DNA from: Oscillospiraceae bacterium
GTDB taxonomy: Bacteria; Bacillota; Clostridia; Oscillospirales; Ruminococcaceae
Length of the DNA stretch: 64,000 bases
Reading direction: 5' to 3'
NCBI GenBank assembly: GCA_024404915.1
Contig: JAKSPJ010000006.1
Location: 62,285-126,284, forward strand
This document shows positions 9,671 to 21,297 of this stretch, piece by piece. Below the pieces are notes generated by a model. The model did not search any database and was not told where the DNA came from. It was given only the letters and a program-made list of their open reading frames with translations. The position numbers and the translations under genes were made by a program. Every line of letters starts with the position of its first letter. Position 1 is the first letter of the stretch.

Positions 9671-11104
9671 TCAGACGGTCAGCTCCACATCAGCAGCGGT
9701 TTCTGCGTCACGCAGCACCGGTGCAATGCACTCCTGCAGGAATTCTTCCACCTGCTGCACGCTTCTGCCGATATAATTGGAAGGATCCAGTTTGGATTCC
9801 AGTTCTTCTGCACTGACACCAAAAATCGGATCAGAAACAATACGCTCGCACAAATCGTTCTTCAGGCCCTTCTGCTTCACTTCAGCGCCTGCTGCCATGG
9901 AATGTACACGAATATGCTCGTGCAGCTCCTGACGGTCACCGCCTCGGGCAGCGGCATCCATAATGACATTTTCTGTTGCCATAAAGGGAAGTTCTGCCAT
10001 CACACGCTGACGGATTACAGCAGGATATACTACCATTCCGCTGGTGACATTCATCATAATATTCAGAATTGCATCCGCAGCCAGGAAGCCTTCCGCAACA
10101 GCGATTCTCTTGTTTGCGGAGTCATCCAGTGTACGCTCGAACCACTGTGTACCAGCGGTAAATGCAGGGTTCAGTGTATCTGTAATGAGGTAGCGTGCCA
10201 GAGCGGTAATACGCTCACAGCGCATAGGATTTCTCTTGTATGCCATTGCAGAGGAACCAATCTGACCGGACTCAAACGGCTCTTCCATTTCCTTGAAGGA
10301 CTGCAGCAGACGCATATCATTTGCAAACTTCATTGCAGACTGTGCAATGCCGGAGAGTACATTCAGCACCTGTGCATCCACCTTACGGGAATAGGTCTGA
10401 CCGGACACAGGAACGATTGCATCAGCAGCAAAACCCATTTCCACTGCGATCTTTGCTTCCATTTCACGAATCTTTGCGCCGTCACCCTGGAAAAGTTCCA
10501 TAAAGGATGCCTGTGTGCCGGTAGTACCCTTGGAGCCCAGCAGCTTCATGCGGGAAATGCGGACATCCAGATCATCCAGATCCATCAGCAGTTCATTCAT
10601 CCACAGTGTTGCACGCTTTCCGACAGTGGTCAGCTGTGCAGGCTGGCAGTGGGTATATGCCAGGCAGGGCTGTGCTTTCCACTCCTCTGCAAACTTTGCA
10701 AGGTTCTGCAGAACTGTAACCAGTTTTGCACGAATCAGCTTCAGGGCATCACGCATGATAATCACATCGGTATTGTCACCAACATAGCAGGAGGTTGCAC
10801 CCAGATGAATAATGCCCTTTGCATTCGGACAAACCAGACCGTATGCGTACACATGAGACATAACATCATGACGGCATTCCCGCTCACGCTTCGCAGCTGC
10901 CTCATAGTCAATATCCGTAATATGAGCTTCCAGCTCTGCGACCTGCTCAGCGGTCACATTCAGGCCAAGCTCATGCTCTGCTCTTGCCAGTGCAACCCAC
11001 AGGCGGCGCCATGTGGAAAACTTCTTGTCTGCCGAAAAGATGTACTGCATTTCCTTACTTGCGTAACGCGTACAAAACGGAGATTCATAACTGTTTGTGT
11101 TCAT
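9671..11104 (-). CDS. purB: Adenylosuccinate lyase
   Basis: CTRYASKEM N-terminus and the fumarate-lyase signature GSSAMAYKRNPMRCE. Confidence 0.92.
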   Translation of the reverse strand: MNTNSYESPFCTRYASKEMQYIFSADKKFSTWRRLWVALARAEHELGLNVTAEQVAELEAHITDIDYEAAAKRERECRHDVMSHVYAYGLVCPNAKGIIHLGATSCYVGDNTDVIIMRDALKLIRAKLVTVLQNLAKFAEEWKAQPCLAYTHCQPAQLTTVGKRATLWMNELLMDLDDLDVRISRMKLLGSKGTTGTQASFMELFQGDGAKIREMEAKIAVEMGFAADAIVPVSGQTYSRKVDAQVLNVLSGIAQSAMKFANDMRLLQSFKEMEEPFESGQIGSSAMAYKRNPMRCERITALARYLITDTLNPAFTAGTQWFERTLDDSANKRIAVAEGFLAADAILNIMMNVTSGMVVYPAVIRQRVMAELPFMATENVIMDAAARGGDRQELHEHIRVHSMAAGAEVKQKGLKNDLCERIVSDPIFGVSAEELESKLDPSNYIGRSVQQVEEFLQECIAPVLRDAETAADVELTV

Positions 11105-11186
11105 GTTTAAAAGTTCCTTTCAAATTGATATTGTCAGAGCAATCCCGTGTGCACAGGCCATCCAGCCTGCCCGGAACGATATTGCC

Positions 11187-11957
11187 TCAGATGCCGGGCA
11201 TGACTCTGCCGCCGGAAACCGGAATATAGGCACCGGTGGTAAAGGATGCCAGAGGGGAAGCCAGGAAAGCGCACATCTGTGCAATTTCCTGGTCAGTACC
11301 ACGCCGTTTCAGCGGCACAGTGCTGTCATAATCAGGCTGTACCTCCGTATGCATCTGACGATCCTTTTCCGTAATCGTCCATCCGGGGGCAACCTCATTA
11401 ATTGTGATATTATGGGGGCCAAGTTCCTTTGCAAGAACACGGACAAGACCGTCCAGGCCACGTTTTGCAGCAGAATATGCGCTCCATCCCGGTTCACACA
11501 GGGCTGCGCATTCCGTATTGATTACCACGATTCTGCCGCCGCCTTTTGCAATCATATCCGGCACAAATGTTTTTGTCATATGTACCGTCTGCATCACGCA
11601 GGACTGATACTGACTGTCAAAATCCTCCAGCGGCTGTTCAATCAGCGGCATCTGTTCATACTGAATCACCGCATTATGCACCAGAAGATCCGGTGTGCCG
11701 ATTTTGGCAGCAATGATTTCTTCTTTCATTCGTCTGACATCCTCCGCAGATGTGATATCTGCCTGTACTGCAATCACACGCCTGCCGGTTTGTCTCCGCA
11801 GCTGCACAGCAAGTGCTTCCGCCTCCTGCTGATTGTGGAAATAGTGCAGCACAAGATCTGCACCGCAATCCGCAAATGTTTTTGCCATGACACGCCCCAG
11901 CATACCGGAAGCGCCGGTAATGATTGCAAGATGTCCTCGCAGATCAATTTTCAGCAT
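11187..11957 (-). CDS. SDR-family oxidoreductase (3-oxoacyl-ACP reductase-like)
   Basis: TGASGMLG Rossmann motif, NAV, and catalytic YSAAK. Confidence 0.85.
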   Translation of the reverse strand: MLKIDLRGHLAIITGASGMLGRVMAKTFADCGADLVLHYFHNQQEAEALAVQLRRQTGRRVIAVQADITSAEDVRRMKEEIIAAKIGTPDLLVHNAVIQYEQMPLIEQPLEDFDSQYQSCVMQTVHMTKTFVPDMIAKGGGRIVVINTECAALCEPGWSAYSAAKRGLDGLVRVLAKELGPHNITINEVAPGWTITEKDRQMHTEVQPDYDSTVPLKRRGTDQEIAQMCAFLASPLASFTTGAYIPVSGGRVMPGI

Positions 11958-11972
11958 GACAAATCCTCCCTC

Positions 11973-12581
11973 TCATGAATATTCAATGATATAATCTCCC
12001 TTTGGCACACACACAGAAACGGATATCTGATTTTCGGTGACAAAGTGACAGAATATTACCTCGTTTCCAGAATGATGTCGAAAAATCACCCTGTTGTCCA
12101 CAATAGAGAAGTCAAGTGTTGAAAACGGAATGCCGATTCCCTCTCCGGTGTATTTGGCATACGCTTCCTTTAATGTCCAAAGGCGTGAAAACGCCAGATT
12201 TTTATTTTCTGAAGCAGAAATATAGGTCTGCTCTTCTTCCGAGCATACTCTTTGAATCAGCTTTTCCTTCACTGCACGGGGAGATTCCACATCAATTCCC
12301 AGGGGCACACATCCAACAGCGGCAGCTGCCATTCCTTTGCAGTGGGAAAGGTTCATATGCAGGCTGTCATGCAGCAGCTGCGGTTTACCCAGACCGGTGC
12401 GGTGAATTTTCACATGCCGCACCCGGTAATCCTCCGCCAGTGCCGCACCCAGCAAATCCATCGCCGCAAGATGGGAACACTTGTAGTTCTTCGTTTCCTC
12501 CTGCCCATCCAGAAAATTGCTATACACACGAAACATCAGTCGTTTCGTTGTTTTCTCATATCCTGATAATAAAATGCTCAT
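11973..12581 (-). CDS. 4'-phosphopantetheinyl transferase, Sfp type
   Basis: GKPQL...NLSHCKGMAAAAV, LGIDVE and WTLKEAYAKYTGEGIG motifs. Its start overlaps the upstream stop. Confidence 0.8.
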   Translation of the reverse strand: MSILLSGYEKTTKRLMFRVYSNFLDGQEETKNYKCSHLAAMDLLGAALAEDYRVRHVKIHRTGLGKPQLLHDSLHMNLSHCKGMAAAAVGCVPLGIDVESPRAVKEKLIQRVCSEEEQTYISASENKNLAFSRLWTLKEAYAKYTGEGIGIPFSTLDFSIVDNRVIFRHHSGNEVIFCHFVTENQISVSVCVPKGDYIIEYS

Positions 12582-13006
12582 ATCGTTTGTTCATCATGGT
12601 ACAGCATGGTTCTTGCAGCACCAATCACAAAAACCACGAATGCAGACAGAATCTGCAGCACAATAATCGGTATCATGCCGATGAAAAGATTCCATTCTCC
12701 GCTGAATACAGCATCCCCTTTTTTCAGTATCGCTGCATACTGCAATGCACAGAATCCTGCATCTGCCAGCAAAACAAGCAAATTCTGCAAAAGAAACGGC
12801 AGACATGTATGCATATACACCCTTACCGACTTTATTCTCTGATGCAGCAGCTTTGTTTCCATCGCCATTAATCCAAAGACGGCCAGCAAACAAACCAGAT
12901 AGGCATACATCCATTTCGTCTGCTGTACCAGATAAACTGCTCCAATATGAGCAGCCAGCATGCCGATGCCGCCAAACAGCAGCACATCCTTATCTTTTTG
13001 TTTCAT
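12578..13006 (-). CDS. Hypothetical 4-TM membrane protein
   Basis: I chose the start at MKQKDKD (13006), giving a 17-nt overlap with the upstream ORF. Four hydrophobic helices; no recognisable family. Confidence 0.5.
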   Translation of the reverse strand: MKQKDKDVLLFGGIGMLAAHIGAVYLVQQTKWMYAYLVCLLAVFGLMAMETKLLHQRIKSVRVYMHTCLPFLLQNLLVLLADAGFCALQYAAILKKGDAVFSGEWNLFIGMIPIIVLQILSAFVVFVIGAARTMLYHDEQTI

Positions 13007-13451
13007 GCCCTTGTTCCCTCTGTGTATTTCTTTTGCGGAAAAGCACATAGTCAACGGGTGCATACAACAGCAGCACCACACCATTCACCACAAGCCGTGC
13101 CGCATACAGTGAAATCATTTCCGTCAATGTTGAAACACCATCCAGTGATGCACTCAGCAGTGTCAGCTGCGGATACCTGATCAGCAGCGCCGCCGTTACG
13201 GCCAATGCCGCCAGAAAGGGCAGCAGAATGACAGATACAAAGCCGGCACCATAGGGAAGCAGGGAATGCTCCTTCTGAAAAAAATGATACATCATGGCAG
13301 TCATCAGGGCGGAACAGCCGCACAGCCAGATATTCATTTCAAACAGCGAATACATTGCCCAGCAAAACACCTGCAAAAAGAGACTGCCCGTCATGGCAAT
13401 ACACATTTCCTTCAGCGGCAGTCTCTTTCCGCGGGATGTATTATGTTTCAT
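12990..13451 (-). CDS. Hypothetical 4-TM membrane protein (start uncertain: 13487, 13451 or 13394)
   Basis: The ORF overlaps the gyrA stop. Four hydrophobic helices. No convincing SD was found for any candidate start. Confidence 0.4.
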   Translation of the reverse strand: MKHNTSRGKRLPLKEMCIAMTGSLFLQVFCWAMYSLFEMNIWLCGCSALMTAMMYHFFQKEHSLLPYGAGFVSVILLPFLAALAVTAALLIRYPQLTLLSASLDGVSTLTEMISLYAARLVVNGVVLLLYAPVDYVLFRKRNTQREQGHETKR

Positions 13452-16116
13452 CCGTGTCTTCTGCTTCCTCCGGCTCATCCAGCTCAACTGTTTCTTCAGG
13501 CATTGCAGCCTCCGCAGATTCCTCAGCTGCGGCCTCTGCTTCCTGTGCCTTCAGTTCTTCTTCAGAAAGCTGTTCCACTTCTGCCACTTCAGCACCCTCT
13601 TCGTGTTCTGTTCTGGTAAAGGACATCACCTTTCCGTTTTCAGATACACGCATCACACGGACACCCTTGGCAATTCTGCCCATTACACGAATGTCACTGG
13701 TGCGGATGCGAATGATAATGCCGTCGCTGGAAATCATGATGATATCGTCTTCCTCGTCCACAACCTTGATGCCGCAGACCTTTCCACGCTCCTCATCCGG
13801 CTTGTAATTGGTAAGGCCATAACCGCCGCGATTCTGGAGGCGATAGGTTTCAATATCACATCTCTTGCCAAAGCCCTTTTCTGTCACAGTCAGAAGGGAT
13901 GCACCCTCTCTGACACGGGCCATGGATACAATTTCGTCATCGCCGCGCAGCTTCATAATTCTGACGCCGTGGGCACTTCTGCCCTGGGGACGAATACAGG
14001 TTTCCTCTGTACGGATTGCCATACCATTCCTGGTGGCAACAAACAGCTGGTCATTTCCGCCGGTCAGGCGCACACCTGCAATCTCATCGCCTTCCTCCAG
14101 TCTGATTGCAATAATGCCGTTCTTACGGACATTTTTATACGCATGGAGTGGAGTACGCTTGATTTTTCCGTTCTTGGTCACCATCACGATATAGCTTTCA
14201 TCGTTGAATTCGCTGACTTTCATCATAGCGGCGATTTTTTCATTCTCCGCCAGCGGCAGCATATTCACGATATTGGTTCCCTTGGAATCCTTACCGCCCA
14301 TAGGAATCTCATAACACTTCATGGCAAACATTATGCCTCGATTGGTAAAGAACAGCACATGGTCATGGCTGGAGGAAACAAACATTTCAGACACGAAGTC
14401 CTCTTCACGCTGCTTCATGCCGTTTACGCCTCTGCCGCCTCTGCGCTGTGCCTTGTATACTGTGGAAGGCACACGCTTGATGTATCCGAAGTTGGTATAG
14501 GTTACCACACAATCTTCCACAGGAATCAGGTCTTCAATATCCATCTCGCCGCTGATGCTTTCAATCTGTGTGCGGCGTTCATCACCGAATTTTCCACGGA
14601 TTTCCTCCAGGTCATCACGGATGATGCCCAGCACACGTTCCTTGCGGGCAAGAATATCACGCAGATCATTGATTTTATCACAGAGTGCCAGCACTTCTGT
14701 GAGGATTTTGTCACGCTCCAGACCTGTGAGCTGCCCCAGACGCATCTGCACAATGGCATCTGCCTGTGCCTCTGTCAGACCAACTGTCTGATACTCCTTT
14801 TCGGAAGCATCCACAACCGCACCCATTGCACTGCGGTATGACTCATTTTCGAGCAGCGTGGTCAGATCCACTTCTGCGAAGCGTTCCATCAGTCGTTCCT
14901 TGCCTTCCGGAATCGTCTTGGAGGAACGAAGAATCTCAATGACTTCGTCAATGAAATCCAGTGCAACCACAAATCCCTGCAGAATATGAGCACGCTCTCT
15001 TGCCTTCCGCAAATCGAAACGGGAAGCACGCTGTACCACATCCACCTGATGTTCCAGGTAAGCATCCAGAATTTCCTTGAGGGACAATTCCTTCGGAATG
15101 CCGTTCACCAATGCCAGATTGATGATGCCGTAGGTATCCTGAAGCTGGGAATAACGGAACAGCTGATTCAGCACCAGATTGGGGTTCGCATCCTTTTTCA
15201 GCTCAATGCAGATGCGAAGGCCCTGACGGTCAGACTCATCACGGATATCGTGAATGCCCTCAACACGCTTTTCCTTGGCAAGGTCTGCAATTGCCTTAAT
15301 CAGTTCCGCCTTGTTCACCATATAGGGAATCTCAGTGACAATGATGCACTGACGATTCTTAATTTCAGTAATTTCTGTTTTGGAGCGGACAGTCAGCTTG
15401 CCTCTGCCGGTGGCATAGGCTGCACGAATGCCGGCTCTGCCCATGATAATGCCGCCGGTGGGGAAATCCGGTCCCTTGATAAATGCCATCAGCTGATCCA
15501 GGGTAGCATCCGGGTTTTCAATCAGGAAGTCAAGACCATCAATGACTTCGCCCAGATTGTGCGGCGGAATATGGGAAGCCATACCAACCGCAATACCCTC
15601 GGAGCCGTTCACCAGAAGATTCGGGAAACGTGCCGGCAGAACAGCCGGTTCCTTCAGACGGTCATCATAGTTCGACTGAAAATCAACGGTTTCTTTCTGA
15701 ATATCCGTCAGCATGTTGACAGACATTTTTGTCATTTTTGCTTCTGTATAACGATAAGCAGCAGGCGGGTCACCGTCAATGGAACCAAAGTTTCCATGGC
15801 CGTCCACCAGCGGATAGCGCATGGAAAATGCCTGTGCCAGACGCACCAGTGCCATATACACAGATGCATCACCGTGGGGGTGATATTCACCCAGAACAGA
15901 ACCAACAATGTCCGCACACTTACGGTATGGTTTTTCCGGTGTCAGACTTTTTTCATACAGCGTATACAAAATACGTCTGTGAACAGGTTTCAGACCATCC
16001 CGCACATCCGGAAGTGCACGGGAGGTGATAACAGACATGGAATACGCCAGGAATGATGACCGCATTTCTTCTTCTATGTCGCGGCGAATCATAATCGATT
16101 TACTTGTATCGTACAA
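13441..16116 (-). CDS. gyrA: DNA gyrase subunit A
   Basis: ALPDVRDGLKPVHRRILY and the active-site AAYRYTEAK. The acidic C-terminal tail is retained. TTG start with GGAG 9 nt upstream. Confidence 0.95.
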   Translation of the reverse strand: MYDTSKSIMIRRDIEEEMRSSFLAYSMSVITSRALPDVRDGLKPVHRRILYTLYEKSLTPEKPYRKCADIVGSVLGEYHPHGDASVYMALVRLAQAFSMRYPLVDGHGNFGSIDGDPPAAYRYTEAKMTKMSVNMLTDIQKETVDFQSNYDDRLKEPAVLPARFPNLLVNGSEGIAVGMASHIPPHNLGEVIDGLDFLIENPDATLDQLMAFIKGPDFPTGGIIMGRAGIRAAYATGRGKLTVRSKTEITEIKNRQCIIVTEIPYMVNKAELIKAIADLAKEKRVEGIHDIRDESDRQGLRICIELKKDANPNLVLNQLFRYSQLQDTYGIINLALVNGIPKELSLKEILDAYLEHQVDVVQRASRFDLRKARERAHILQGFVVALDFIDEVIEILRSSKTIPEGKERLMERFAEVDLTTLLENESYRSAMGAVVDASEKEYQTVGLTEAQADAIVQMRLGQLTGLERDKILTEVLALCDKINDLRDILARKERVLGIIRDDLEEIRGKFGDERRTQIESISGEMDIEDLIPVEDCVVTYTNFGYIKRVPSTVYKAQRRGGRGVNGMKQREEDFVSEMFVSSSHDHVLFFTNRGIMFAMKCYEIPMGGKDSKGTNIVNMLPLAENEKIAAMMKVSEFNDESYIVMVTKNGKIKRTPLHAYKNVRKNGIIAIRLEEGDEIAGVRLTGGNDQLFVATRNGMAIRTEETCIRPQGRSAHGVRIMKLRGDDEIVSMARVREGASLLTVTEKGFGKRCDIETYRLQNRGGYGLTNYKPDEERGKVCGIKVVDEEDDIIMISSDGIIIRIRTSDIRVMGRIAKGVRVMRVSENGKVMSFTRTEHEEGAEVAEVEQLSEEELKAQEAEAAAEESAEAAMPEETVELDEPEEAEDTDET

Positions 16117-16171
16117 TTCTTTCTGCTCCTTCCTTACCAGCTTTTCAAGAATAAAGCTCTTTTTTCAAGTA

Positions 16172-16813
16172 TTAAATGCCGAATAATTTCCGCATTTGTT
16201 CCAGCTCTGCTGCATCAAAATCCTTTTTCGGAATAATATAAAAATTCTGCTTCAGGATATAAACGATGAAATAATCAGGATATTCCAGAATTCTGATGCC
16301 GTCGCCAAAGGGAATTTCTGTAGGGGGAATCGGCTCTTCCGTTTCTGCAGGCTCCTCCGGGAAAATGGCGTTGAAGCCGTTTTCCGCTTGTTCTTCCTGG
16401 GGTGATTCCGCAGTTTCAGCTGCCGGTTCTTCCACAGTATTTTCCGCAGTTTCTGCAATTTTCGGGGCATCCTGAATATGAATCCAGATGCCTGCATCCC
16501 AGATTTTCAGCTCATAGCTGTCCTGTTCCACATCCTGCAGGGCATCGTGCACCGCTTTTCTCAGCTTGAAGGTTTTATACCAGCGCACCAGAATCAGGGC
16601 AATACAGACCATAATCAGCAGATATGCAAGTGTCTGGGAACTGTCCTTGATTACCGCATGAATATACACGCCTGCTATTGCCGCAAGAATCACGGAAAGT
16701 GCAATATTGGTAGGATAAACAAATTTCTTCTGGAACTGCAAAAACGCATCATCAAACATGTTCAGCGGAATATGATAGGTTTTATGAATTTTTGGTACAC
16801 CGCTTTTATTCAT
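16172..16813 (-). CDS. YcxB-like membrane protein (two TM helices plus PH-like C-terminal domain; tentative family call)
   Basis: Start at MNKSGVP (ATGAATAA overlaps the upstream stop). TM hairpin IALSVILAAIAGVYIHAV / LAYLLIMVCIALILV. C-terminal ...FIVYILKQNFYIIPKKDFDAAELEQMRKLF resembles the YcxB domain. It has an acidic Pro/Glu insert. Confidence 0.55.
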   Translation of the reverse strand: MNKSGVPKIHKTYHIPLNMFDDAFLQFQKKFVYPTNIALSVILAAIAGVYIHAVIKDSSQTLAYLLIMVCIALILVRWYKTFKLRKAVHDALQDVEQDSYELKIWDAGIWIHIQDAPKIAETAENTVEEPAAETAESPQEEQAENGFNAIFPEEPAETEEPIPPTEIPFGDGIRILEYPDYFIVYILKQNFYIIPKKDFDAAELEQMRKLFGI

Positions 16814-17609
16814 CTGCGATATCCTCCGGGAACTTGTCAATATCATCCTCTTCCAAAGAATCTGTTTCCGGCTGTTCTTCCTCAGCCATATCAAAATCTT
16901 CTTCCTCATCATCCATACGGACACGCTGACCATCCGCATCATAGAGACGCAGCTTCTTTGCGCCGTAATACTGCTCGCAGACCGCATTTGTCATGCCGGT
17001 TTCCGCAGAATCGTCGTCATTCTCATGCGCATCTTCGATAATGGACTTCATTTCCAGCAGCTGATAGCCGCCGGAACACCGTTCCTCTGCAAAATCACGG
17101 ATTGCATTGATTTCATTGTCGCTGAGATTCCGCTTCGGAACATACAGAAACAATGATACGATTTTACCCTCCGCAAAGAGAAAACCACGTTCGTTTTCAT
17201 AGGCCTTCAGGCTGACTGTGGAAACAGTTGTGGTTGCTTCCTCCACCTCTTCTTCGTCAAGAGATTCTCCATCCTGCAAAAGTTCCATGGTGGAAATGGA
17301 ATGGGGATAAAATGTGGTCAGACGTCTTTCGCCAAAATGCAGCTTGTTCGTTGCAATAAATTTCTTGTTTACCGGCATCTTCAGGTACATATATCCCACA
17401 ATACAGGCACCGATTGCATAAAACAGGAATGTGATATTCTTCCAGAGAATCAGCAGCAGAATGCAGATGGCTGCAATCACACCGCAGGAAATCATTGCGA
17501 TTTTACGGTCTTTTCCACGCTCTGTATCCAGAAAAATACGGTAAACGTCTTCAAAATCACGGTCATTCAGCTTACTTTGCACCTGCAGCAGCTTTTCTTC
17601 CTTTGCCAT
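16806..17609 (-). CDS. YcxB-like membrane protein with long acidic C-terminal tail (tentative family call)
   Basis: TM hairpin IAMISCGVIAAICILLLILW / FLFYAIGACIVGYMYL. SLFLYVPKRNLSDNEINAIRDFAEE matches the same motif as the neighbouring gene. The tail is DDEEEDFDMAEEEQPETDSLEEDD. Confidence 0.55.
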   Translation of the reverse strand: MAKEEKLLQVQSKLNDRDFEDVYRIFLDTERGKDRKIAMISCGVIAAICILLLILWKNITFLFYAIGACIVGYMYLKMPVNKKFIATNKLHFGERRLTTFYPHSISTMELLQDGESLDEEEVEEATTTVSTVSLKAYENERGFLFAEGKIVSLFLYVPKRNLSDNEINAIRDFAEERCSGGYQLLEMKSIIEDAHENDDDSAETGMTNAVCEQYYGAKKLRLYDADGQRVRMDDEEEDFDMAEEEQPETDSLEEDDIDKFPEDIADE

Positions 17610-17624
17610 TGCTCTCCCTCTTCA

Positions 17625-19616
<1,992 letters not shown>

Positions 19617-19656
19617 TTATTAAAGGCAATTCCGCATATTCTCTGTAACCATTGCC

Positions 19657-19911
19657 TTAAAACATCGTTTTTGCTCTTTTTTTCAGGGTTGCAACAGAAA
19701 TGGAGGAGATATATGCTGTCTCCACGCCCTGTTCCTGGCATACCACAAAGCTTTTCGGCATCTCAGTCGAAACATTCACGGCTTTCCCTTCCTGTTCCAG
19801 CCGCTTCAGATAGGATCTCGTATCCGGCCCTATGGTAGTATTTTCCAGATCAAATACACCAATGACGGTGCTGTCATGAATGGAAATCCGCTCTCCAAGA
19901 TGAATATACAT
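19657..19911 (-). CDS. remB: DUF370 / RemB (YaaB)-like small protein
   Basis: I moved the start to MYIHLGE (19911). MYIHLG...VIGVFDL...KSFVV...TLKKRAKTMF parallels Bacillus RemB, and the recF-gyrB position is conserved. Confidence 0.7.
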   Translation of the reverse strand: MYIHLGERISIHDSTVIGVFDLENTTIGPDTRSYLKRLEQEGKAVNVSTEMPKSFVVCQEQGVETAYISSISVATLKKRAKTMF

Positions 19912-19925
19912 ACTTTGCTCCCATA

Positions 19926-21050
19926 TCACATTTTTTTCAGGATGCCGCACTCCATGCTGTAAATATGCCCCTGTTCCAGTTCCGGCTGTATGGCCTCCGG
20001 CTGGCAATTCGTGAGGAATATCTGCATATCACGGACAATATCATAAACCAGCTTCTGCCGTTCCGCATCCAGCTCGCCCATCACATCATCCAGTAAAATT
20101 ACAGGTGTTTCGTCCTTTTTCTCATAAAAGACAGATGCCTGCCCAAGCTTCAGCACCAGTGCAGTGCTTTTCTGCTGTCCCTGAGAGCCAAATTCCCTGA
20201 CGGACAAATTGCCGATTTTGCAGGTAAAATCGTCTCTTCCCGCACCCTTTGCGGTAAACCCCAAACGGATATCGTCTTCTGCCGAAAGCTGCAGCTGCTC
20301 AAAATAATACTTCTGCATTTCCAGCGTTGGCTTATCCGGAATCTCGGAATTATGAAAAACATTGGAACGATACCGCACCGCCAGTTTTTCTTTTCCCCCG
20401 GTCACATCTGCATAGAGTTTTTCGCAGACTGCGGCAAGCTGATTCATATAGGCAAACCGCAGACAAGTCAGCAGACTGCCATGGGCTGCCAGCTGCTGGT
20501 CCCAGACCTCCAGTTCCCGTTTATCCGCATTTTTCAGCTGAATCTGCTTGAGAACAGCATTTCTCTGAGAAGTAATCTGCTCAAAACGACGCAGACAGCC
20601 CAGCATTGCAGGGGTAATCTGCGAACCGCATAAATCCATGAAAGCACGTCGTTTTTCCGGTCCGGAGCGAATCAGCTCCCGATCGTCCGGAGAAAACACC
20701 ACACACTGAAACTGGGAGAACAGACCGCCGCTTCCCTTCATCGGCACGCCGTTCAGCATAATTTTCCTCTGCCTGCCGTCGCCCCTTGCAAGATGCAGCT
20801 GAATCTCCTGTTCTCTGCGGCTGTCACGGAAACGCATTTTCAGGTGCATGGCCGGGGCTTTCAGGCGTATATAATCCCGCTCCTTTGCACCACGAAAGCT
20901 TCTGCAGCCTGTACACGCCCAGATTGCCTCCAGAAGATTGGTTTTCCCCTGGGCATTATTGCCGAAAATGAGATTCATTCCGGCATGCGGCTCCAGATGC
21001 ATTGTATCCAGATTACGGAATCCTTCCGCATCCACAGACAAAATACGCAT
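19926..21050 (-). CDS. recF: DNA replication/repair protein RecF
   Basis: Walker A GNNAQGKTNLLEAI, signature-like LSVREFGSQGQQKS, and ILLDDVMGELD. Confidence 0.92.
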   Translation of the reverse strand: MRILSVDAEGFRNLDTMHLEPHAGMNLIFGNNAQGKTNLLEAIWACTGCRSFRGAKERDYIRLKAPAMHLKMRFRDSRREQEIQLHLARGDGRQRKIMLNGVPMKGSGGLFSQFQCVVFSPDDRELIRSGPEKRRAFMDLCGSQITPAMLGCLRRFEQITSQRNAVLKQIQLKNADKRELEVWDQQLAAHGSLLTCLRFAYMNQLAAVCEKLYADVTGGKEKLAVRYRSNVFHNSEIPDKPTLEMQKYYFEQLQLSAEDDIRLGFTAKGAGRDDFTCKIGNLSVREFGSQGQQKSTALVLKLGQASVFYEKKDETPVILLDDVMGELDAERQKLVYDIVRDMQIFLTNCQPEAIQPELEQGHIYSMECGILKKM

Positions 21051-21056
21051 GTATGA

Positions 21057-21284
21057 TTATTCTTCCACCGGTGCTGCAACAATCACCTCAAACCGATCCA
21101 CCGTTACAACATCCTCATTGCGGATTTTCTTTCCTCGCATGGTGCAGACTTCACCATTCACTTTAACTTCACCGGCCTGAATCAGACTTTTCGCAAAACC
21201 GCCTGTATCGGTCAGTCCTGCCAGCTTCAGCAGCTGTTCCAGTTTGATAAAAGGCGTGTGAAGAGATATTTCTATTCTTTCCAT
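21057..21284 (-). CDS. yaaA: S4-domain RNA-binding protein YaaA-like
   Basis: [49 protein letters not shown] preferred the start at MERIEI, which has GAGG upstream. Confidence 0.75.
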   Translation of the reverse strand: MERIEISLHTPFIKLEQLLKLAGLTDTGGFAKSLIQAGEVKVNGEVCTMRGKKIRNEDVVTVDRFEVIVAAPVEE

Positions 21285-21297
21285 ATTTTCCTCATAA

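Noticed and set aside
9473-11110. 545-aa ORF on the plus strand, one of several very long ORFs. The others are 13294-14841, 14986-16056, 17301-18902, 43453-45213, 46216-47475, 47485-48459, 55863-57587, 25654-26853, 36225-37799, 3513-4619, 6878-8053 and 59346-60572.
   Set aside because: Each lies exactly antisense to a strongly supported conserved gene (purB, gyrA, gyrB, carB, GS III, the GOGAT FMN subunit, the YfhO-family gene, the binding protein, the ABC ATPase, secF, amtB). Their translations are Cys/His/Leu-rich low-information sequence with no motifs. They are a codon-usage artefact of stop-poor antisense frames.
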